From positions 32,001 through 96,000 of the IMG/VR virus record IMGVR_UViG_3300025875_000003: a DNA stretch of 64,000 nucleotides; one strand, written 5' to 3'. Positions 35,451 through 41,419 of the stretch are shown piece by piece; position 1 is the stretch's first letter, and each line of letters starts with the position of its first letter. Both the position numbers and the translations under genes were made by a program. The notes beneath the pieces are model-generated. The model made no database searches, was not told the origin of the DNA, and saw nothing but the letters and a program-made list of their open reading frames with translations. The DNA is from a virus.

Positions 35451-35497
35451 TAGACCCTATGTCAAAGCCATACTGAGTCCCGAAGGGACGAAGAGGA
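35451..35497. repeat. 47-bp duplicated hairpin element, copy 2
   Basis: TAGACCCTATGTCAAAGCCATACTGAGTCCCGAAGGGACGAAGAGGA. Confidence 0.9.
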
Positions 35498-35523
35498 CGC
35501 CATAGTGTGCTATTATCAAAGGC

Positions 35524-36078
35524 ATGAAAAGAGTTACGTTGATAGACCTCATTAGAGTAGGTGTAGTGGGGCAGAAGAGCGCTGATGCCTTGTGGGATAG
35601 GTTTTACAGCAATGTTGATGTTCGTGAAGAGCAGGAGTGTTGGGAGTGGAAGGGACCGCGCACGAAGGACGGCTACGGTTACACCACTCTAGGTTCCGGT
35701 TGGAAACTAGGTACACATCGAGTCTCGTTTCTTCTAACGCAGGGTTGGTTGCCTACTGTAGACGATGATGAACAGATATTGGTAGTCCGCCACATTTGTG
35801 ATAATCCTCCTTGTGTTAATCCCCACCACCTTACCTATGGTACACATTTTGATAACTATGAGGACGCAGTGGCTAGAGGCAGACACAGAGGTTTCGGTGT
35901 TCTCACTCCAGAAGACAGATCTAGAAATGGTAAAGAATACGGGGTGCTTGGTCGGAAGTACACTGTGGAAGACTTAAATCGCTGCGAGGGGCTGAGTCTA
36001 CGGCAGAGTGCGAAACTTTTGGGATGTGGCACCGCTACTGTGTCAAGGCTTAGAAGAGAAGCCCGTGCGGCAACTTAG
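35524..36078 (+). CDS. HNH endonuclease with a C-terminal HTH
   Basis: CWEWKG..DGYG, HRVSF, VRHICDNPPCVNPHHL..GTHFDN; leaderless after TATTAT. Confidence 0.9.
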   Translation: MKRVTLIDLIRVGVVGQKSADALWDRFYSNVDVREEQECWEWKGPRTKDGYGYTTLGSGWKLGTHRVSFLLTQGWLPTVDDDEQILVVRHICDNPPCVNPHHLTYGTHFDNYEDAVARGRHRGFGVLTPEDRSRNGKEYGVLGRKYTVEDLNRCEGLSLRQSAKLLGCGTATVSRLRREARAAT

Positions 36079-36098
36079 AACGACCTTCGATCTCAGGG

Positions 36099-36128
36099 CT
36101 TGCACATCGAGCAGCACTGCACTATGAT
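36099..36128 (+). promoter_or_regulatory. variant of the repeated promoter driving the tRNA array
   Basis: TTGCAC-ATCGAGCAGCACTGCAC(17)-TATGAT. Confidence 0.75.
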
Positions 36129-36206
36129 GGAACCATCCACTTCACGAGAGTGGACAGAGATCTTGCTACCGCCGCACACCACGGAGCATGGCGCGGGGTT
36201 CTCTGA

Positions 36207-36279
36207 TCGGTGGTGGCGCAATTGGTAGCGCAACGGTCTCCAAAACCGTCGGTTACAGGTTCGAGTCCTGTCCACCGGG
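36207..36279 (+). tRNA. tRNA-Trp(CCA)
   Basis: ACGGT-CTCCAAA-ACCGT. Confidence 0.9.
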
Positions 36280-36377
36280 CGTCTGAAGGTCTAAGACTAG
36301 TGCACGAGTCTGGGCCACCTTGTTGGGCAGGTTCACAGACCCAACCCCGTGTACCCGACACTGGTCTAAAAATGGGT

Positions 36378-36449
36378 AGGCTGGTGCGGCTAAGGGTATG
36401 CCGTCACATCATACGATGTGAGATGCGGGTTCGACTCCCGTCCAGCCGC
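36378..36449 (+). tRNA. atypical tRNA-like element with a non-7-nt anticodon loop
   Basis: intact D- and T-arms; CACAT-CATACG-ATGTG. Confidence 0.55.
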
Positions 36450-36512
36450 TGGTCCGGCCTCTGGCCTGAGGTTCACAGCCTCATGCTAAGGTCATGCCGG
36501 ACTACTGTTCGA

Positions 36513-36585
36513 TGCCCGCTAGTTTAACTGGCAAAACGCCTGCCTCTGGAGTAGGATAGTCGAGGTTCGAATCCTCGGTGGGCAG
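36513..36585 (+). tRNA. tRNA-Gln(CTG)
   Basis: CCTGC-CTCTGGA-GTAGG. Confidence 0.9.
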
Positions 36586-36603
36586 CGTGTGGTATGGTTT
36601 TGA

Positions 36604-36674
36604 TCCCCGGTAGTTTAACGGCAAAACGGCGGTTTTTGGGGCCGCTTTTCGGAGTTCGAATCTTCGCTGGGGAG
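36604..36674 (+). tRNA. tRNA-Gln(TTG)
   Basis: GCGGT-TTTTGGG-GCCGC. Confidence 0.85.
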
Positions 36675-36788
36675 CGCTAGACGACAACACGTAGGAGAAG
36701 AAATAGAAGCGGTGTCCGTCCCGGTTCTTGCTTGACTCCTTCCTACGGGAACTGCATGAGCAGTACGTCCACTGTCCAGACGGACCAA

Positions 36789-36863
36789 AGCGGTGTAGAG
36801 CAGTTCGGAGTGCTCGCCTGGCTCATATCCAGGAGGCCGTGGGTTCAAATCCCACCACCGCCA
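36789..36863 (+). tRNA. tRNA-Met(CAT), initiator-like
   Basis: CCTGG-CTCATAT-CCAGG; 1x72 mismatch, A11-U24. Confidence 0.88.
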
Positions 36864-36943
36864 CGTGGAGTGCTGGCTTAGGTAGCCCTGAGCCTCGTGC
36901 AGACCGGCTAGCAACCGAGAAGTCGAAACGACACTCCGCACAA

Positions 36944-37015
36944 GGGCTGCTGGTGTAACGGTAACATGCCTCTTTTGCACGGAGGTGATCAGGGTTCGAT
37001 TCCCTGGCTGGTCCA
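36944..37015 (+). tRNA. tRNA-Ala(TGC)
   Basis: CCTCT-TTTGCAC-GGAGG; G3-U70; one extra base in the acceptor 3' strand. Confidence 0.8.
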
Positions 37016-37026
37016 CGTACTATCAA

Positions 37027-37107
37027 GCGTCGAACGTGCCGGGTGGCACAGCGGGACTGTAAATTCCGCCTCTTCAGGGATGCCTAGTTCGAGTCTAGGT
37101 CGGCGCA
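37027..37107 (+). tRNA. tRNA-Tyr(GTA), atypical D-arm
   Basis: GCGGGA-CTGTAAA-TTCCGC; long variable arm. Confidence 0.8.
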
Positions 37108-37108
37108 C

Positions 37109-37181
37109 GCGCTTCTGGCTCAATGGATAGAGCAACGGTCTTCTAAGCCGAGGGTTCCGAGTTCGAGTCTCGGGAAGCGCA
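37109..37181 (+). tRNA. tRNA-Arg(TCT)
   Basis: ACGGT-CTTCTAA-GCCGA. Confidence 0.88.
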
Positions 37182-37205
37182 CGCATGGTGTATGATGTAG
37201 GTCTA

Positions 37206-37277
37206 GCGCCTCTGGCTCAATGGTAGAGCAGCGGACTCTTACTCCGCGGGTTGCAGGTTCGAATCCTGCGGGGCGTA
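37206..37277 (+). tRNA. tRNA-Lys(CTT)
   Basis: GCGGA-CTCTTAC-TCCGC. Confidence 0.9.
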
Positions 37278-37278
37278 C

Positions 37279-37355
37279 GGCGGGTGTAGTTCAATTGGCA
37301 GAGCGTCGGATTGTGTCTCCGAATGTTGCGGGTTCGAGTCCCGTCGCCCACCCCA
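37279..37355 (+). tRNA. tRNA-His(GTG) with G-1 and an encoded CCA
   Basis: TCGGA-TTGTGTC-TCCGA; G-1:C73. Confidence 0.88.
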
Positions 37356-37356
37356 A

Positions 37357-37429
37357 GCCCCCTTAGCCCAACGGCAGAGGCATCGGGTTTAGGTCCCGAC
37401 CAGTGCGAGTTCGAATCTCGTGGGGGGCA
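37357..37429 (+). tRNA. tRNA-Leu(TAG), short variable loop
   Basis: TCGGG-TTTAGGT-CCCGA. Confidence 0.85.
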
Positions 37430-37469
37430 CCCTGTTGTGGTTGGTACTAACACGTGCGATAATCAAAGT

Positions 37470-37949
37470 GTGGCTACCAAGTACACCAGAGAAGTCTTGC
37501 AAGAGGCTGTAGACAATAGTACATCTGTGATGGGTGTAATTCGGTATCTCGGTCTTCAGCAGGCTGGGGGTACGCATACCCACATAAAGTCCAAATTACG
37601 AAGTCTAGGGGTAGATACCTCCCATTTTACGGGAGGCTCGCACAACAGAGGTAAGACTTCTCCACGCAGAAAGACTGCCAGCGCCATTTTGGTGGTGCGT
37701 CCTCCAGGTTCCGCACGTCTACCTGCTGCTCAACTTAGAAGGGCGCTGGAGGAGTCTGGTGTTGTCCCTGTTTGCTCCTGCGGAGTTGGAAGAGTTTGGA
37801 ATGGTATTCCTATTCAGTTGGAGGTTGATCACATTGATGGTGATTGGCTAAACAACTTAAAGGAAAATCTAAGATTTATGTGTCCAAACTGTCATTCTCA
37901 GCAGTCTACTAACAAGAGTTGGAAGACTAAACGAAGTGGTGTAGAATAG
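37470..37949 (+). CDS. HNH endonuclease within the tRNA array
   Basis: CSCG...LEVDHIDGDWLNN..ENLRFMCPNCHSQ; leaderless GTG 6 nt after GATAAT. Confidence 0.9.
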   Translation: MATKYTREVLQEAVDNSTSVMGVIRYLGLQQAGGTHTHIKSKLRSLGVDTSHFTGGSHNRGKTSPRRKTASAILVVRPPGSARLPAAQLRRALEESGVVPVCSCGVGRVWNGIPIQLEVDHIDGDWLNNLKENLRFMCPNCHSQQSTNKSWKTKRSGVE

Positions 37950-37959
37950 CCACTTTCTA

Positions 37960-38033
37960 GCCCTCATCGTCTAGCGGTCTAAGACCCCGCCCTTTCAAGG
38001 CGGTAATCACCGGTTCGAATCCGGTTGGGGGTA
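37960..38033 (+). tRNA. tRNA-Glu(TTC)
   Basis: CCGCC-CTTTCAA-GGCGG. Confidence 0.9.
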
Positions 38034-38044
38034 CGCAGTACAAT

Positions 38045-38132
38045 GGAGAGGCCAACCGATAGGTGGCGGCGGTAACTGTCTTGAAAACAGTTTGCTCGAA
38101 AGGGCGTATGGGTTCGACCCCCATCCTCTCCG
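38045..38132 (+). tRNA. tRNA-Ser(TGA)
   Basis: ACTGT-CTTGAAA-ACAGT; long variable arm. Confidence 0.88.
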
Positions 38133-38144
38133 CGTAGTAATCTC

Positions 38145-38220
38145 GGCCTCATCGTCTAGTTTGGTCTAAGACATCAGATTCTCAATCTGAAGATCGCGGG
38201 TTCAAATCCCGCTGAGGCTA
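38145..38220 (+). tRNA. tRNA-Glu(CTC)
   Basis: TCAGA-TTCTCAA-TCTGA. Confidence 0.9.
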
Positions 38221-38316
38221 CTCTCGTGGGTGCGGTGGACACCGTTCAAGTCGAGATGCAGACCGCAGGCTGTTGATAGTTGAGTCGGCCACCAGGATGA
38301 GACTCCTGCGGATCAA

Positions 38317-38389
38317 TGGGGTATAACTCAGTTGGCAGAGTGGGAGATTGTTAATCTCTAAGTCGCAGGTTCGAGCCCTGCTACCCCAG
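38317..38389 (+). tRNA. tRNA-Asn(GTT)
   Basis: GGAGA-TTGTTAA-TCTCT. Confidence 0.9.
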
Positions 38390-38391
38390 CG

Positions 38392-38477
38392 CGGTGGTTG
38401 TCGTTTAATCGGCAGGACGTGTGCCGTTTCTAGAACGGGTAGTCGCATATGCGGGTTCGAATCCCGTCAACTACTGG
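38392..38477 (+). tRNA. atypical tRNA with a CTA (amber-reading) anticodon
   Basis: 9-bp acceptor CGGTGGTTG/CAACTACTG; CCGT-TTCTAGA-ACGG; canonical T-arm. Confidence 0.6.
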
Positions 38478-38483
38478 CTTTAA

Positions 38484-38556
38484 GCGCCGCTAACTCAATT
38501 GGCAGAGTTCTTGGTCTACACCCAAGCGGTTCGGGGTTCGAGTCCCCGGTGGCGCA
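38484..38556 (+). tRNA. tRNA-Val(TAC), C33
   Basis: CTTGG-TCTACAC-CCAAG. Confidence 0.85.
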
Positions 38557-38565
38557 CGTTTTCTT

Positions 38566-38649
38566 GGAGAGTTCGACACGTGGTATGTCAACCCGGTTGC
38601 TATCCGGCTAAGCCGAAAGGCAGTCTCGGTTCGACTCCGAGGCTCTCCG
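38566..38649 (+). tRNA. tRNA-Ser(GCT)
   Basis: CCGG-TTGCTAT-CCGG; long variable arm. Confidence 0.85.
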
Positions 38650-38657
38650 CTTTTTGA

Positions 38658-38730
38658 GCGCCTCTAGTTTAATGGCAAAACCCCTGACTTTTAATCAGTG
38701 AGATTCTGGGTTCGAATCCCAGGGGGCGCA
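38658..38730 (+). tRNA. tRNA-Lys(TTT)
   Basis: CTGA-CTTTTAA-TCAG. Confidence 0.88.
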
Positions 38731-38765
38731 CTTTCTTTTCATGGGTACAACGACGTATCACTAGT

Positions 38766-39410
38766 ATGACCATTGAGACACTTTCCCAGCGTGTGGCTGC
38801 CAATCGCCGTGTTCTGGACGCACAGGCTGGCGAGGCCCGAGCAATCCTAGCCAGAGCCAAGGAATTAGAAACAGAAGTAGATTTCCTTGCCTCTGAGATG
38901 GACACCCTTAATCGAGTGGCAGTGTTGCTGAATTCGCTAGGGGAAGAGCGACAGGCTCAGGCTCAGGGCACCATTGAGTCTTTGGTGACTGAGGGCCTTC
39001 AGACTATCTTCGATGAGACTCTGACCTTCCACATCGTGGCTACTCAGCGTGCCAAGACTTCCGGCATCGAGTTCGTCGTGCGTACCAATCTTGGTGGTGA
39101 GTCCGTAGAGACTTCAGTCATGGACGCGCGCGGGGGAGGGCTGGCTGCGACTGTGGGCTTCCTTCTCCGTGTGGTGGTCATGCTTCTTTCGGCCTCAAAG
39201 AACCAAGAGAATCTTCTAGTGCTTGACGAGACGTTTGCCCATGTCTCTGACGAGTATTTGGAGCCCTTGGGTCAGTTTTTGCGGCAGATCGTTGACCGCT
39301 CAGGTATTCAGATTTTGATGGTTACTCACCAGCCAGAATTTTTAGATTTTGCTGACACTGCGTACCGTTTTTCGCAGAAGGACGGAAGGACGGTAGTTCA
39401 CAGTGTCTGA
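38766..39410 (+). CDS. SbcC/Rad50-like ATPase, C-terminal half
   Basis: coiled coil, then a GGGLAAT signature, LLVLDETFAH Walker B/D-loop and VTH H-loop; no Walker A. Confidence 0.82.
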   Translation: MTIETLSQRVAANRRVLDAQAGEARAILARAKELETEVDFLASEMDTLNRVAVLLNSLGEERQAQAQGTIESLVTEGLQTIFDETLTFHIVATQRAKTSGIEFVVRTNLGGESVETSVMDARGGGLAATVGFLLRVVVMLLSASKNQENLLVLDETFAHVSDEYLEPLGQFLRQIVDRSGIQILMVTHQPEFLDFADTAYRFSQKDGRTVVHSV

Positions 39411-39597
39411 GGATCTTGCTAGGCGTGTTTATATGGAGGCCATGAAGATTGGTGCCCACAATGATTGCCTGGTGAATTCCAAGGGAGCCTGCGAGGGGTG
39501 CAAGGCTATTGTGTTCGTCATTCTGGATAAGATTGTTTCTCAGATCATTAGAGACAACGCACTGCTTCGCGCAGTGGGGATTCCGGAGCAGTCATGA
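39403..39597 (+). CDS. hypothetical protein
   Basis: overlap coupling; CEGC. Confidence 0.55.
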   Translation: MSEDLARRVYMEAMKIGAHNDCLVNSKGACEGCKAIVFVILDKIVSQIIRDNALLRAVGIPEQS

Positions 39598-40721
39598 CTG
39601 AATCCCTGGCAGTTAAGTACCGCCCCACTGATTTTTCCGAGATGGTAGGCCAGCGTCTTACGGAGGTAGTTCTGTCTCAGATGGTTGAGCAGCAGAAGGT
39701 TCCCCCCGCCATGCTCTTCTCTGGCCCCTCGGGGACAGGCAAGACTACTGCTGCTCGTCTCTTGGCCTACGCGCTTGACCCTGACATCGACCCGGCACTG
39801 TCTGTGATCGAGATCGACGCAGCGTCCAACAATGGTGTGGCGGACGTGCGCAGTCTCACCGAAGCGCTTCGCTACTCAACGGGAAGCAAGTGGAGAGTAG
39901 TCATCCTTGACGAAGCGCACTCCCTCACGCGGGACGCCTTCAACGCTCTTTTGAAGGCTCTGGAGGAACCTCCTCCGGGGACTGTTTTCGTGCTGGTGAC
40001 GACTGAGCCACACAAGATTCCAGAGACGGTGCTGACCCGACTTACTGAGTTCGAATTTCGCAGTGTCTCTCCGTCTGATATTTTTGACCGCTTGGTGGCC
40101 ATCTCTGCTGCGGAGAAGTTCTCTGTGGCTTCTGACTTGCTTCAGCGCCTGGCGGCCGATGCGGGAGGCTCGGTGCGCCGTGCCGTCATGAATCTGGAGA
40201 AGGCGGTCCTGGCTGGTCTGCACGATGCTGAGGCGTGGACCAGGGCAGTCTCCGTCAAGGACTACTCGGTTCCCGTGCTGACCGCGCTGGCGCTGGGTCA
40301 TACGGCTGATGCCTTCGCACAGGTTGACGATGCACTATCTCAGGTAGGACATCCGCACGTACTGGTGGAGCAAATCACCCGAACCCTTCGTGATCTCATG
40401 GTGTTGAGTGTAGGCGGCTCAGTGCCATACGTGGCCGATGCTCTGGACTCTCGCAAGACTTTGATCGCCCGGTTGGGCACAGAACGCGTGATTGCTGCCG
40501 CCAAGGTGCTGTGGGACATGAAGACGCGCATTCGTCCCACCGATGATCCTCGCGGTTCTCTGGACCTGGCCTTGGTGCTACTTGTCGAGATGTTTGCCAG
40601 AGGACGCACAGCGCCTTCTGCGGCACCGGCAGTGCCTGCTGCTCCGGTTGTACCCCCCACTCCCCCAGAGGCCGCTCCTGCTCCGCGTAGGTTGTCTCTG
40701 GCTGACATGACGAAGGGCTGA
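39594..40721 (+). CDS. dnaX: DNA polymerase III gamma/tau-like clamp loader subunit
   Basis: LAVKYRP..F..MVGQ, GPSGTGKTT, EIDAASNNGV, ILDEAH, ALLKALEEPP. Confidence 0.92.
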   Translation: MTESLAVKYRPTDFSEMVGQRLTEVVLSQMVEQQKVPPAMLFSGPSGTGKTTAARLLAYALDPDIDPALSVIEIDAASNNGVADVRSLTEALRYSTGSKWRVVILDEAHSLTRDAFNALLKALEEPPPGTVFVLVTTEPHKIPETVLTRLTEFEFRSVSPSDIFDRLVAISAAEKFSVASDLLQRLAADAGGSVRRAVMNLEKAVLAGLHDAEAWTRAVSVKDYSVPVLTALALGHTADAFAQVDDALSQVGHPHVLVEQITRTLRDLMVLSVGGSVPYVADALDSRKTLIARLGTERVIAAAKVLWDMKTRIRPTDDPRGSLDLALVLLVEMFARGRTAPSAAPAVPAAPVVPPTPPEAAPAPRRLSLADMTKG

Positions 40722-40726
40722 CTCAC

Positions 40727-41353
40727 ATGGAGTCCGACTTGTATCCAGCGTCCTATTACCTAGGTGGCGGCGCGTCCAATTACGCAAACTACGGAGACGA
40801 TCCCGGCTGGTCTGTTACGGCCAGAACGCTGCAAGAACTTCTGCGCCTCGGTCCGGCTCAGCGCATCCTAGAAGTGGGGTGCGCGACCGGTTGGTTCGTC
40901 CTGCACGCGCTCTCTCACGGACTCAACGTAGAGGGCATTGATATTTCACAGTGGGCCATCGACCATCCTGCTCCTGGAGTTAGACAATTTATTCGCCAAG
41001 GGTCCGTAGTCGACTTGGAGTTGTATTACCCCCATGCCGACTTCGATGTGGTGTGTTCCTGGGAGATGTTAGAGCACGTGCCCGAGGATCAGGTAGACGC
41101 TGCTCTTGATTCTATGCTGATGGTTACGGCCCCCGATGGGCTATGGATTCATCGAATTGCTTTGGATGATGCACACCATGATCACAATGCTCACGATGAT
41201 GAGACTCACTTCACGATCAAGTCACGCGAATGGTGGGATTCTAAGATAAGAGAAGATATTGGTGGGGTTAGAGTTCCTTACATAGAGGAAGCACTTGACT
41301 CAGCATTTGAGGGACGTGATTGGGCAGGTAGGTTCTTCGCTTATCGTGTGTGA
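40727..41353 (+). CDS. class I SAM-dependent methyltransferase
   Basis: ILEVGCATG, GIDIS, FDVV..WEMLEHV. Confidence 0.88.
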   Translation: MESDLYPASYYLGGGASNYANYGDDPGWSVTARTLQELLRLGPAQRILEVGCATGWFVLHALSHGLNVEGIDISQWAIDHPAPGVRQFIRQGSVVDLELYYPHADFDVVCSWEMLEHVPEDQVDAALDSMLMVTAPDGLWIHRIALDDAHHDHNAHDDETHFTIKSREWWDSKIREDIGGVRVPYIEEALDSAFEGRDWAGRFFAYRV

Positions 41354-41402
41354 AATCTTGTTCGGACAATGAGGTCCAACAAGAGTTTCGGCTAGTCTGC
41401 GC

Positions 41403-41413
41403 TGGTCGATAGT
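41403..41413 (+). promoter_or_regulatory. TGGTCGATAGT late promoter motif (leaderless)
   Basis: motif + ACGAGT + ATG; no SD. Confidence 0.7.
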
Positions 41414-41419
41414 ACGAGT

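Noticed and set aside
38430-38432. Genome-wide stop-codon reassignment (TAG as sense)
   Set aside because: Long genes translate uninterrupted in the standard code, and several genes end at TAG followed by an RBS or promoter.
36615-38611. ORFs overlapping the tRNA array
   Set aside because: They are translations of tRNA sequence; only 37470-37949 has protein motifs.
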